Source: Nitrosopumilus sp.
Lineage (GTDB): Archaea; Thermoproteota; Nitrososphaeria; Nitrososphaerales; Nitrosopumilaceae
Length of the DNA: 64,000 nucleotides
NCBI GenBank assembly: GCA_965207445.1
Contig: CBDBLX010000002.1
Coordinates: 2,327,849 to 2,391,848 of the forward strand
Reading direction: 5' to 3'
In this document: positions 1 through 10,513 of the stretch, one piece after another
Position numbering within the stretch: position 1 is the first letter of the stretch
Layout: every line of letters starts with the position of its first letter
Made by a program: the position numbers and the translations under genes
The notes under the pieces: model-generated
Database searches by the model: none
Seen by the model: the letters and a program-made list of their open reading frames with translations, nothing else
Told to the model about the DNA's origin: nothing

Positions 1-14
1 GAATAAGGGATACT

Positions 15-584
15 ATGTTCGAAAAGAAGATTTTCGTATTAGGACTGGCCGTGGTGCTAGCGCTAGGGACATTAGGATTCAACTGGGTTGAATCAATATT
101 TCCAAGTGCAGAAGCACACGGTGTTCAGGCACAACTCATAAGCCGGTTTATTAGAATCGAAGACGAGACATTTAACAGACAGTCACTACAGACAGGTGAA
201 ACCCTCACACTGACTGGAAATCTAGTTAGTCTAGTAGAGAGAGATCTCAGAGGATGGCTGTCTATATTCTCAGAATCGACAAATGCCGGTAACAGATGGG
301 AGATGCTAGCTAGGGATCCCCCAGGCAACGTCTTTGACATTCCTGGAAATAGCCAATTAGAGTATAGTTTGTCTGCAAAGGCGCTAGAAGCAGGTGTATA
401 CCATGTACACACCCAGCTCAATGTAGCTAGCGTTGGTCCTGGATTAGGTCCAGGTCAGACAGTAGTCGTAGAAGGCGACAATATACTCAAGCCAATTCCA
501 TACACGAACATTGCATACCAGTCGATTATAATCGGAGTAGGATATGTGATTACGTTTGCCACTAGACCCTGGCAGGTAATCTAA
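15..584 (+). CDS. amoB: Archaeal ammonia monooxygenase subunit B
   Basis: Signal peptide followed by AEAHGVQAQL..SRFIRIEDETF; GVYHVHTQLNV motif; C-terminal TM ending ATRPWQVI. All typical of thaumarchaeal AmoB. Confidence 0.97.
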   Translation: MFEKKIFVLGLAVVLALGTLGFNWVESIFPSAEAHGVQAQLISRFIRIEDETFNRQSLQTGETLTLTGNLVSLVERDLRGWLSIFSESTNAGNRWEMLARDPPGNVFDIPGNSQLEYSLSAKALEAGVYHVHTQLNVASVGPGLGPGQTVVVEGDNILKPIPYTNIAYQSIIIGVGYVITFATRPWQVI

Positions 585-781
585 AACCCACAATTCCTTT
601 TTCCTTTTCATTTTATTTTATGGTTAATGTAATTTGTAACCTTGTGCAGGTAACCAAATCAATGTAAAGAGTCATATACTTTTTGTACAAGATTATTTAA
701 TTGGTTATTTAGTTATTGTCCATTATTAATTAGTAAATTAAATATATATAATCATTAAATTATTAAGTAAAAAAAAGTGAC

Positions 782-1159
782 GTGTTGCCAAGTGTTATTT
801 GTGCCATTTTGACATATACAAGTGACATGCTGAGTTTTCACATAATTAAACTAGACATTGCTCAAAGTTACTTTGTAGGAAAAGTAGAGTTCCATACAGA
901 TGCATACAAAATAAACATTCAATGCCAGAGAAGAGATAAGGTACTAAGAATACCATTTCCAATACCAAACTACACGACAAAAGACAAAAAAAGAATGTTG
1001 GTTCGGTTATCAGGTCCAAACGGAGTTTATGTAGAAGATTGGCTAGTGTACGATGAGAAATGGCAATCAGAGTGGCTTGAGATCGATTCTGATGAAATTA
1101 CATATTATTTGGCAGATCATCAAGATGAGATCGATACAGTAGAGATTCTGCCCAATTAA
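782..1159 (+). CDS. Hypothetical protein (start uncertain, possibly ~827)
   Basis: 125-aa ORF with normal composition downstream of amoB. Confidence 0.6.
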   Translation: MLPSVICAILTYTSDMLSFHIIKLDIAQSYFVGKVEFHTDAYKINIQCQRRDKVLRIPFPIPNYTTKDKKRMLVRLSGPNGVYVEDWLVYDEKWQSEWLEIDSDEITYYLADHQDEIDTVEILPN

Positions 1160-1335
1160 GAAAATGGTGAATTATCACAACAACGTAATTTAAACATAAA
1201 GATCATAAAAATAACATGGTGGGTTTGAGACATTAGTATTATCAAATTTAATGTGGTGTTTAATGCATCCCATATAATGCCAAGTTTTACTCATCATGCA
1301 AAGGGATTTAAAAAAGCAAGTAACAATTACAATAT

Positions 1336-1869
1336 ATGAAGTGGCCAGGTACTAGCGATCCATACAAACGAAAAAAGACAATACGATTCTTGGTAATTAC
1401 TGCCATAATTGGCATTTCAGTTGCAGCGGCTAGTAGCATAATACAACAATTGCTCAGTATTGATGATCCACTCAAGGTTTGTATAAACGACAGAAACACA
1501 CCATACAAAGCCAGTGCCACATTGGAGATTATTATAGATGGTGTAAAGGCAGACATTCCAGCAAATATAGGAAACATGGATCAATGTAAAAGGACAATGT
1601 ATACACTGCATGATGATGGAACCATATATGTCGAATGGGAAGAAGAATACCCATTTCAAATAGGCCACTTTTTGTGGATGTGGGAATTTCCACTCAAAGA
1701 CATGAAACAAGACAAGTCCAGGATATCTGTAAATGGACTAGAGTCACCACAATTCATAAATCATCCATTCATAGATGGTGCACACTACAAAGCAGAGTTT
1801 ACATCAAAAGAGTACGACGATACAAAGGATCAGGACTTTTTGCCACCGATAATACAAGATGACACGTAA
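1336..1869 (+). CDS. Hypothetical membrane-anchored protein
   Basis: 177-aa ORF with N-terminal TM and IPANIG / YTLHDDGTIYVE motif, resembling conserved thaumarchaeal hypotheticals. Confidence 0.75.
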   Translation: MKWPGTSDPYKRKKTIRFLVITAIIGISVAAASSIIQQLLSIDDPLKVCINDRNTPYKASATLEIIIDGVKADIPANIGNMDQCKRTMYTLHDDGTIYVEWEEEYPFQIGHFLWMWEFPLKDMKQDKSRISVNGLESPQFINHPFIDGAHYKAEFTSKEYDDTKDQDFLPPIIQDDT

Positions 1870-1942
1870 CAAAGATCAAGGTTAGATTCAGTATCATAAT
1901 TGAGTCAAAAAGACAATACAGTTGATTATGTAATAGGGGTTA

Positions 1943-2121
1943 CAGTGTACGTGTTCATGAGAGTGATGTGTTGATCTCTACCACCTGTGGTTCTTGAGAG
2001 TTTTGTAAGATCGATAGTTGCAGTGTACGTGTTCATGAGAGTGATGTGTTGATCTCTACCACCTGTGGTTCTTGAGAGTTTTGTAAGATCGATAGTTGCA
2101 GTGTACGTGTTCATGAGAGTG
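1943..2121. repeat. 78-bp tandem repeat, ~2.3 copies
   Basis: Unit starting cagtgtacgtgttcatgagagtg recurs at 1943, 2021 and 2099. Confidence 0.95.
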
Positions 2122-2506
2122 GTATTGATGAATGGGCATGTTGATGAATAATGCTTGCAGTTACGATCATTGGCTCATCAGTCAGGTGTGTTGATGGCGG
2201 GTGGTGGGTGGGTGGGGAGGGTGTTGATGGATGAGGGTGGCAAGTCACATCCACAGGTTCAAAAAAAAGCAATGTGAACATAATTATTATTTTGTACATG
2301 CTCAAGCACCCACATATCAAAAAAACAGGCAGGCATGTTTGTCAAATGTAACATGTTCAAATTAAAAAATAGTTTAAAGCACTACAACAATGCCAATTCG
2401 TTATTCTCAAGTCATTAAAAAACATCAAATGACGCGCGTGTAAACTGGTGCTGTTAATAATCCAAACAGATTGAAAAATGATGATAAAATATGGTAAAGC
2501 AAGCAC

Positions 2507-2776
2507 TTACCAGTACTTGCCATTATCTGGAATCAGACCTATACCTTCACGTTCAAAGTGCCTGTCCAGTTCGTCGACCCATTTTTCACGATTGTCTTTG
2601 TAAGCCCAACCGTGAACACGTAACCAGAATGCTATAATCCCAAGTAGGAATACAGTAAACATCATGGTTCCAAAGATGTAGATCATTACATCAAAGAATA
2701 GCGGATCATAGTTTGGTCCTAGCTGTCCTGCAATTGCAGATATAATGCTTAGGAAGATTCCAACTATTGGTTCCAT
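2507..2776 (-). CDS. Small membrane protein, candidate AmoY accessory AMO subunit
   Basis: ~89 aa with a hydrophobic helix; lies between amoB and rps15, next to the AmoZ candidate. Naming rests on synteny and size only. Confidence 0.5.
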   Translation of the reverse strand: MEPIVGIFLSIISAIAGQLGPNYDPLFFDVMIYIFGTMMFTVFLLGIIAFWLRVHGWAYKDNREKWVDELDRHFEREGIGLIPDNGKYW

Positions 2777-3015
2777 GTAAAATGTGGACTGTGTGTATTT
2801 TATATACATTACTGTTTAAAGAATCAATAGTGATTTTGGGCAATGTAACGGCTATTCACATGTATTCAAGAACAAAGTACACAAACAACATAAATTTTGA
2901 TGTATACATTTAATCAAGATAACCATGTCCATTTATAAATAACCAATTGTATATAAAACAACGCGTGCCACACACGCCAATAACTAGTAATAAAATAAGA
3001 AAGAGGTCAGAGTGA

Positions 3016-3348
3016 TTATCCTCTGCCCATTGCAGCATATTTGCCAGAACGACTTTTCAAAAAGAACGCGCCGGCAATACCACCAAATATTGCTCCAGCA
3101 ATAATTGATGCGCCAACAACTCCACCAGCATCAAGATAAGGAGTTCCAGATCCTGATGCAGGATTGCTATTAACAAGCTCTATGCGACTTTGTTGAATTG
3201 CAAGTGCCTCTTCAAGGGTATGTGAACCTGTTTCACCACCTGATCCAACATTACCCATATACACAGCAAATGCAGTTGATGCAGCGCCCATTGTTCCAAA
3301 GAGAAAGACTGACAGCATTGTTGCTGTTAATATCATCTTTGTATTCAT
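3016..3348 (-). CDS. Signal-peptide and C-terminal TM protein, candidate AmoZ accessory AMO subunit
   Basis: 110 aa: signal peptide (AFA), short soluble part, Gly-rich C-terminal TM; close to amoB. Confidence 0.55.
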   Translation of the reverse strand: MNTKMILTATMLSVFLFGTMGAASTAFAVYMGNVGSGGETGSHTLEEALAIQQSRIELVNSNPASGSGTPYLDAGGVVGASIIAGAIFGGIAGAFFLKSRSGKYAAMGRG

Positions 3349-3560
3349 AGTATTTGTGGACTTTGTGCTTATTTAAAACTTTTTGAAAGTGGTACAAAGA
3401 ACGAATTAAAGCCATACACCGACAATAAGTGCAATTACAAGCAACGCAATATCAAAAAAAAAGATTCAAAATGACAACTTGATGGTATTTGTACTATACA
3501 TCCATTTACAAAAAAAAAGTATTGGCAAGGTTTAAGTTAACAGTGTACAAGACAAATTTA

Positions 3561-4010
3561 ATGGGTCGAATGCACACACACAGACATGGCAAGTCACACT
3601 CCATTAGACCACATATACTTGCAGAGCCTACATGGGTAAAAAACACACCACAGGAAGTTGAAGAGTTGGTGGTAAAGTATTCAAAAGACGGAATGACACC
3701 AAGCCAGATAGGCATCAAACTCAGAGATCAACATGCAGTACCACTTGTCAAGATGGTAACAAAAAAGACAATAGGTCAAATACTAAAAGAGAACAAACTA
3801 CACCCCGACATGCCAGAAGACTTGGAGAATATTGTAAAGAAAGCAGTGGGATTACAAAAACACCTAAAGGATAATCGAGGCGATCATAGGAACACAAGAT
3901 CGCTTGAATTGATAGAAGCAAAAGTGCACAGGTTGTCAGTATACTATAAGAAGACTGGCCGGATACCCAAGAATTGGAAATATAAATCAGTCGTGGCTCA
4001 ATTAGAGTAA
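3561..4010 (+). CDS. rps15: 30S ribosomal protein S15 (uS15)
   Basis: MGRMHTHRHGKSHS N-terminus; TPSQIGIKLRDQH and LIEAKVHRL motifs. Confidence 0.97.
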   Translation: MGRMHTHRHGKSHSIRPHILAEPTWVKNTPQEVEELVVKYSKDGMTPSQIGIKLRDQHAVPLVKMVTKKTIGQILKENKLHPDMPEDLENIVKKAVGLQKHLKDNRGDHRNTRSLELIEAKVHRLSVYYKKTGRIPKNWKYKSVVAQLE

Positions 4011-5491
4011 TGCCGTCACAAAAGTCACTAAGCTCCGCACTAAGTCTGTTTCGTGACAGAGTGAATGATTGTATAAAATCAAACGGTTCAATACTTGTGA
4101 CTACACACATTGACTGCGATGGATTAGCATCAGGCAGTATCATAGCAAAGGCACTCATTAGGGCAGGCGCAAGATGTACTGTAACTAGCTCAAAAGAGTT
4201 CAGTGATACAGTGATCGAGTTTCTAAAATCTCGATCACAAGATCTTTGTATAGTGACTGACTTGGGAGGCGGGTTTGCATCAAAGATGAACAATATACTC
4301 GGAGATGACAAGTGGATAATACTTGATCACCACCAAATATCAGATGAAGAGATAGACAACCCAAATGTGATAAATTCATGGAAGTATGATATTAACGGAG
4401 GTAGGGAGATATCAGCAGGAGGTATGGCATACATGGCATCCATGAAATTGGATGAAAAAAATTCAGACCTCTCAACCATAGCAGTAGTATCAGCACTAGG
4501 GGACAGACAGGACCAAGGCGAGAAGAGATCATTTGTTGGAAAAAACTTTGAAATTGCACAAGTTGCAAAAAAACAAGGACTTTTGGAGGTTGACATAGAC
4601 TTGTTGTTGGTTGGAAGAGAGACAAGACCGCTATCTAGTGCGCTTGCATACACATCACATCCATACATTGATGGATTAACTTGGAATAGAGACACATGCC
4701 ATAAACTATTGAAAAGGGCAAATGTAAAGCTAAAAGAGGACGGGAGATTGCGCGTACCAGCAGAGTTAGATGAGGATGAGAAAAAACGTGTAATCGAGTC
4801 TATTGCACAATACACATCAAAAGATCATGATGATTATGCCAAGAAAATAATGATGTCAGAGTTGATAGGATATACATACACATTTCTAAAAGAGGATAGG
4901 TGTGGGCTACTTCGAGACGCAAGAGAGTTTGCCACAATGCTCAACTCATGCGGCAAGATCAACAGGGCAGGAATAGGAATTGCCATATGTATGGGGAATC
5001 GAACAAAGAGTCTGCAAGAAGGAGAATCAATTCTAAAAGAATACAAGAGGAGAATTAAAAAGTCCATAAACATACTTACTAATGAACGATGGCGTATATC
5101 TGAGATGCCAAATAAATCATATCTGACAATTAATGCTCAGAGTGTAGTTCAAGAGACAATGTCAGGTACCATAGCATCAATAATATCAGGTGCACCAAGA
5201 AATGCAGGTAAAGCAGTCATACTATGGACAAAAACAGAAGAAGAGGAGAAGATAGTAAAGATCTCTGCAAGGCGTTCTCACAATATACCAAATGATGATG
5301 ATGACAAGAGGGGGAGTACCAATAGTACCAATTTGGGAGAGTTAATGAGCAAGACAGCAGCAGAGTGTGCAGGTATTGGTGGCGGACATAATACGGCAGC
5401 AGGAGCTAAAATAACTAAAGACAAATTAGATGACTTTTTAAGAATACTTGATGAAAACATCTCTAAAATGCACAGTTCAGATCAAGGTTAA
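4010..5491 (+). CDS. RecJ-like DHH/DHHA1 phosphoesterase
   Basis: HIDCDG, TDLG, LDHH and GGGH motifs; conserved position after rps15. Confidence 0.93.
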   Translation: MPSQKSLSSALSLFRDRVNDCIKSNGSILVTTHIDCDGLASGSIIAKALIRAGARCTVTSSKEFSDTVIEFLKSRSQDLCIVTDLGGGFASKMNNILGDDKWIILDHHQISDEEIDNPNVINSWKYDINGGREISAGGMAYMASMKLDEKNSDLSTIAVVSALGDRQDQGEKRSFVGKNFEIAQVAKKQGLLEVDIDLLLVGRETRPLSSALAYTSHPYIDGLTWNRDTCHKLLKRANVKLKEDGRLRVPAELDEDEKKRVIESIAQYTSKDHDDYAKKIMMSELIGYTYTFLKEDRCGLLRDAREFATMLNSCGKINRAGIGIAICMGNRTKSLQEGESILKEYKRRIKKSINILTNERWRISEMPNKSYLTINAQSVVQETMSGTIASIISGAPRNAGKAVILWTKTEEEEKIVKISARRSHNIPNDDDDKRGSTNSTNLGELMSKTAAECAGIGGGHNTAAGAKITKDKLDDFLRILDENISKMHSSDQG

Positions 5492-5771
5492 TGGCTTGAC
5501 TCCACAGCAGATAACATCAGTAAAGATGGCACTAGAACCAGACAACATACAGATGCCAAAAGGGCTCAAAGTTGTGATCAAAGATGACAAAAAAGCGCTC
5601 AAAGAGTCAAAACCGACAATGAGATTAGAGTTTTCACAGACACAATATAACATGGAAAAAAAAGGAGATAAAAACAAGGTAGCAACACACGCTATCGGAT
5701 ACCTTGTAGGAACAGTAGATGAAGTGTTAGAGCATGTACAAGTTGCACTAAAGGTGATTGGTGATGATTGA
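5448..5771 (+). CDS. pcc1: KEOPS complex Pcc1-like subunit
   Basis: ALEPDN motif and C-terminal helix; archaeal rps15-DHH-pcc1-serS-rps3ae synteny. Confidence 0.7.
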   Translation: MMKTSLKCTVQIKVNGLTPQQITSVKMALEPDNIQMPKGLKVVIKDDKKALKESKPTMRLEFSQTQYNMEKKGDKNKVATHAIGYLVGTVDEVLEHVQVALKVIGDD

Positions 5772-7038
5772 TCCGGATATAATTAGAAAAAACCCACAAG
5801 AGATCAGAAAAATGCTAGATGCACGTGCAATGAATGATTTTGATCTTGATGCATTTGTTGCATGTGACGCAGAGAGGGTGAGATTGATGAGTGAGGCAGA
5901 TGAGTTACGTTCAAGACGTAACAAGATAGGCATTAGCATATCAGAGGCAAAAAAGAACAAAAAGGATGTTTCAGATATGATATCTCAAATGAGTCAGATA
6001 GTAAAAGAACTTGACACCTTAAATGACCATATAGATACAGTAGAGTCAATTTATCATAAGATCTCAAAGACCATTCCAAATATGATAGATAATACTGTAC
6101 CCGTTGGTCCAGATGAATCTGCAAACATTCAAGTTAGAGTGTGGGGTGACACATTAAACCCCGAATTTGAGGCAAAGAATCATGTCGATATATCTGAAAA
6201 TTTAGATCTAATAGACTTGAGGAGAGCCGCCAAGGTAGCAGGTGCAAGGTTCTACTATCTTAAAGGAGATCTGACCAGACTAAACTATGCACTAGTGCAA
6301 TTTGCACTAAACTTTTTAGTAGAGAAAGGGTATATGTTGATTCAACCACCATATATGATAAATCGCAAATCTATGGAAGGAGCAGTTATAGCAGATGACT
6401 TTGAGGATGTCATATACAAAATAGACAACGAAGATCTATACATGATTGGGACATCAGAGCACGCAATTGCAGCAATGCATGCAGACGAGATACTTGATGG
6501 AAAAAAGTTACCACTCAGGTATGCAGGCATTAGTCCATGTTTTAGAAAAGAAGCAGGTGCACATGGACGAGACCAAAAAGGAATATTCAGAGTACATCAA
6601 TTTGAAAAAATTGAGCAGTTTGTATTTACAAAACCCGAAGAGTCATGGTCAGAACACGAGAGAATGTTACAGATAGCCGAAGAGTTCTACCAAAGATTAG
6701 AGATTCCACATAGAGTTATGATGCTCTCATCAGGCGATATGGGAAAAATATCTGCAAAGACATATGATATAGAGGCATGGATGGCAGGACAGAGTGCATA
6801 CAGAGAGATAGTATCATGCTCCAACTGTACAGAGTACCAATCAAGAAGACTCAAGATAAGATACAGAGATAGAACAGATGAAAACACAACATATGTACAC
6901 ACATTAAATAGCACACTAGTTGCAACCACAAGAGTACTTGTTGCCATACTAGAAGACTTTCAGACAAAAGACGGCCACATTACAATACCAAAAGAGTTGG
7001 TACCATATATGGGAGACGGCAAACAAAAAGAGATCTGA
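5764..7038 (+). CDS. serS: Serine--tRNA ligase
   Basis: N-terminal coiled coil; GTSE, FRKEAG, FRVHQFEK, EIVSCSNCT and HTLNST motifs. Confidence 0.98.
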   Translation: MIDPDIIRKNPQEIRKMLDARAMNDFDLDAFVACDAERVRLMSEADELRSRRNKIGISISEAKKNKKDVSDMISQMSQIVKELDTLNDHIDTVESIYHKISKTIPNMIDNTVPVGPDESANIQVRVWGDTLNPEFEAKNHVDISENLDLIDLRRAAKVAGARFYYLKGDLTRLNYALVQFALNFLVEKGYMLIQPPYMINRKSMEGAVIADDFEDVIYKIDNEDLYMIGTSEHAIAAMHADEILDGKKLPLRYAGISPCFRKEAGAHGRDQKGIFRVHQFEKIEQFVFTKPEESWSEHERMLQIAEEFYQRLEIPHRVMMLSSGDMGKISAKTYDIEAWMAGQSAYREIVSCSNCTEYQSRRLKIRYRDRTDENTTYVHTLNSTLVATTRVLVAILEDFQTKDGHITIPKELVPYMGDGKQKEI

Positions 7039-7186
7039 TGAAGCCAAATATTGCAGTCAAATATTGCAGTCAAATATTGATTGTAGATGCACTTAGTCTA
7101 TTAGTATGTAGACTCGCAGTGTGTGGATTGATCGCCAAATACGGTATTTGATTACCCTTATATTTTAGACTCAGAGTGTCAAATAA

Positions 7187-7798
7187 TTGGCACGCCGAAA
7201 AGGTAGAGTGAAAGACAAATGGCGCGAGAAGCGTTGGGTGACTGCGCACGCACCGCCATCATTTAACAATGTCAAGATAGGGTACATACCCATAACAGAT
7301 GATGAAACAGCGCAGGGACGTGTCATAGAGGTAACACTACATGACATACTCAAAGGAGATGCATCTCAATACCAATACAAGATGTACTTTCAGGTCAGTA
7401 GTATAGAAGGAGACAAAGCACACACTATGTTTAAGAGATTTGAATACTCTAAAGAATTTCTACGTAGTCTAGTACGAAGAGGGTCATCAAAGATAAATCT
7501 TACCATAGATGTAAAGACAAAAGACGGATACATATTTCGAATAAAGATCATAGCCTTGACGCATAGACAACTCAACACCTCAAGACAACATGCACTCAGA
7601 CTTATCGCACAAGACATAATCAACAAGAGTGTGCCGGAGATGACAATTGATCAGTTTGTACAAGCTACTTGTTATAGTAAGATTAACTCAGATATAATGG
7701 CAGCATTCAAAAAAGTGATAAGGGTACGACATGTAGGACTTGAAAAAGTAAAGCTGGTTAGAACAGCAGAAAAAGAGACAGTTCTACTACAAGCATAG
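7187..7798 (+). CDS. rps3ae: 30S ribosomal protein S3Ae (eS1)
   Basis: KDKWREKRW..APPSF and LRSLVRRGSSKI motifs; TTG start. Confidence 0.96.
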   Translation: MARRKGRVKDKWREKRWVTAHAPPSFNNVKIGYIPITDDETAQGRVIEVTLHDILKGDASQYQYKMYFQVSSIEGDKAHTMFKRFEYSKEFLRSLVRRGSSKINLTIDVKTKDGYIFRIKIIALTHRQLNTSRQHALRLIAQDIINKSVPEMTIDQFVQATCYSKINSDIMAAFKKVIRVRHVGLEKVKLVRTAEKETVLLQA

Positions 7799-7845
7799 TA
7801 GTAAACATCTAGAATAACATATTTTGAAGATCATTACACAGTACA

Positions 7846-8346
7846 ATGATGCAAAGCAAAGTAGAGGTGACAATAAGTGTCATTATTCATGCGACTGAAA
7901 ATGCAAACATAGTGATAAATGCAATCGGGGATCTTGGAGTGAAGCACGATGTATTTGAATCCACCAAGACAACAGGGCATTTTAATAACATAATAACAAT
8001 TTACAATGCAAGGATAACAGGTAATGACGCCAGACATTTTGTACAAAAATTCACAGAGATGCTTTCAGACGATGATCTAGATATGTTAATCAAGCAGAGT
8101 CCAGAGAGAACCGTGGATTCTAGACTTCATATAAGAATAGAGAAGCAGACGATGATCAGAGATCGACGAATAGAGATAATCAACTTGTACGAATCAGATA
8201 ACAAAGATGACGACCACAATCAACGAAATATTACAAGAGATATGATAAAAATAAAAATTTACACGCCAATATACAATAAAAGAGATACAGTGCAAGTGTT
8301 TGAAAAAATCTTACGAGGTAACAGCAACAGCAACAGCAAACCATAA
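7846..8346 (+). CDS. Predicted RNA-binding / exosome-associated protein (COG1325-like)
   Basis: IHATE, GHFNN and LHIRIEKQ motifs. Confidence 0.75.
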   Translation: MMQSKVEVTISVIIHATENANIVINAIGDLGVKHDVFESTKTTGHFNNIITIYNARITGNDARHFVQKFTEMLSDDDLDMLIKQSPERTVDSRLHIRIEKQTMIRDRRIEIINLYESDNKDDDHNQRNITRDMIKIKIYTPIYNKRDTVQVFEKILRGNSNSNSKP

Positions 8347-8385
8347 ACAAATTGCATTTTGAGAAGAGTGTCAATAATTATATCA

Positions 8386-8603
8386 GAATGTCATCATCGT
8401 GAATGTCATCATCGTGAATGTCATCATCGTGAATGTCATCATCGTGAATGTCATCATCGTGAATGTCATCATCGTGAATGTCATCATCGTGAATGTCATC
8501 ATCGTGAATGTCATCATCGTGAATGTCATCATCGTGAATGTCATCATCGTGAATGTCATCATCGTGAATGTCATCATCGTGAATGTCATCATCGTGAATG
8601 TCA
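8386..8603. repeat. Perfect 15-bp tandem repeat (GAATGTCATCATCGT) x14 plus a partial unit
   Basis: Directly visible; identical units with no spacers. Confidence 0.98.
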
Positions 8604-8747
8604 CGCTATTACAAATTTCATAAATTAAACAATCATCTCAAAATCACAATCAGGTGTACAAATAGATACCACAAGCAAAAAAATTGCATAAATACGGATT
8701 ATTTACTATAGTTGCTACACATTAAATAACAGATCATGTCACTACAA

Positions 8748-8837
8748 TCAGGGAATGAGGAGATAATAGCCGCTCCAATCTGAGCCAACGCTATGAAGAA
8801 CCCGCGACAAACCGACCCCAACTATCACTCATCATTC
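8748..8837 (-). ncRNA. Candidate structured ncRNA (long hairpin with box C/D-like motifs)
   Basis: GC-richer intergenic patch. On the minus strand GAAUGA.GAG.UGAUAGUU pairs with GGCUAUUA.CUC.UCAUUC; AUGAUGA near the 5' end and CUGA at the 3' end. Confidence 0.3.
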
Positions 8838-8916
8838 AAACGACCATATGGTGCCAAATTGCCACCAAAAATGACATTCATATGATTTTAAATACCAAGA
8901 TATAGAGTTCAGTGTA

Positions 8917-10377
8917 TTGACAGATGCATATGATGTTATAATAGCGGGTGGAGGATTGGCAGGTACAGTGACGGCGCAGGCAATATCACACTATACAAAC
9001 CAAAATGCCAACATACTAGTAATTGATCGGAATACACAGTATATGCCAGGTCGAAAATCTTTGGCAGGGTGGGTCTGCGGTGATGCATGTTCAAAAGACG
9101 CAGTTGATTACATGTCAGAACGCATAGGGGTAAACTGGACAAATCCAGAGATCGAGCATGACGTCAAGGGGGTAATGGCATTCTCACCAGACAAGGAGAC
9201 CTCAATACCATTTGACGGAGATGGATATATGCTAAATAGACAAAAGCTTCCAGAGATTCAAAACAGTAGATGTAAAAAAGTTGGCGTTGAGTTTGACTAT
9301 GAGATCAATCTGACAGGACTCCAATACGACGACAGACAGGTCATAGGAGTCAAGGGGGTAGATAACAAAACAAAAGAACCATACATGAAATCGGCAAAAG
9401 TTGTAGTAGATGCGACAGGAGTGACATCAATGTTGCGCAACGGAATCAAAAATACCACAAAGATAGAAAGGAGAATAGATAGGCGTGATTTGGAGTCTAC
9501 TGGCAGATACATAATGTATTTTGAGAAAGGTCAAGAGAATCTATCAGAGTTTGATCCAGATTATTGTATAATACACCTTGATCAAGATATTGCACCTGGT
9601 GGGTATGGGTGGGTATTCCCAAAGGGAGACAACAAAGTAAACATTGGACTTGGTGTCGAAAAATCACTACTTGGTAAAAGAAACCAAAGACTTGCTAAAA
9701 AAGACAACGTAGAATCACTAATGATAGAATATTTGAATCGAAACAAGGCCATAAAGAATCCAAAATTGTCAACAGACCCAGAAGATCAAAACAACAACTC
9801 AGGCATATTCCAAGTTTCAGTAAGACGACAAAATGATTGTATGGTATCAGGAGGATACTTACTTGTAGGTGACTCTGCATGGATGCCAAAACCAATTGAT
9901 GCAGGTGGAATTGGACCTGCATTAATTGCAGGAACGATACTTGGAAAGTGTGTTGCACAGGCACTAGAAGCAAACGACGTGACTGAAGGTGGATTATGGC
10001 AGTACAACTTGGACTTTATAGAAGAGTATGGCTACAAGACAGCAGGACTTGAGTTGTTCCGCAGACTGGTTCAACAAATGACAAATGAGCAGATAAGTTA
10101 TGGTATGAAGCATTTTCTTGGAAATATGGACATAGAGGCAATAAGTAAGGGCGAGCATCCAGATTTTTCAGGACTAAGTAAACTGAGTATGATAATAAGA
10201 GGAGCTATGAATAAGACAGTAGCAGACGGATTGAGATACACATCAAAGGAGAATCAATGGTTAGTAGAACATTATAGAAACTTTCCAAAAGAGCCATCTG
10301 GATTCGATATATGGAATAAAAAACTACACGCACGAATGGATGCAGCATTTGCAAAAGTAGCAACGTTTGGAAATTGA
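8917..10377 (+). CDS. Geranylgeranyl reductase family FAD-dependent oxidoreductase
   Basis: GGGLAG Rossmann motif; CGDA, PGGYGWVFPKG and VGDSA..PIDAGGI motifs. Confidence 0.92.
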   Translation: MTDAYDVIIAGGGLAGTVTAQAISHYTNQNANILVIDRNTQYMPGRKSLAGWVCGDACSKDAVDYMSERIGVNWTNPEIEHDVKGVMAFSPDKETSIPFDGDGYMLNRQKLPEIQNSRCKKVGVEFDYEINLTGLQYDDRQVIGVKGVDNKTKEPYMKSAKVVVDATGVTSMLRNGIKNTTKIERRIDRRDLESTGRYIMYFEKGQENLSEFDPDYCIIHLDQDIAPGGYGWVFPKGDNKVNIGLGVEKSLLGKRNQRLAKKDNVESLMIEYLNRNKAIKNPKLSTDPEDQNNNSGIFQVSVRRQNDCMVSGGYLLVGDSAWMPKPIDAGGIGPALIAGTILGKCVAQALEANDVTEGGLWQYNLDFIEEYGYKTAGLELFRRLVQQMTNEQISYGMKHFLGNMDIEAISKGEHPDFSGLSKLSMIIRGAMNKTVADGLRYTSKENQWLVEHYRNFPKEPSGFDIWNKKLHARMDAAFAKVATFGN

Positions 10378-10513
10378 TTTGAAATGTTTTAGTATGTGTA
10401 TTCAAAAATATCAAATACACTAAAAATTAAAAAAAAGTATGTATAATTAGAATTATACAAACATTAACAGTATTATCATTTAGTTAAAATATCACACATA
10501 TACAAGAAGAATA

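Noticed and set aside
8386..8603. CRISPR array or real His/Cys-rich gene
   Set aside because: Units abut with no spacers; the ORFs in several frames are by-products of a stop-free repeat.
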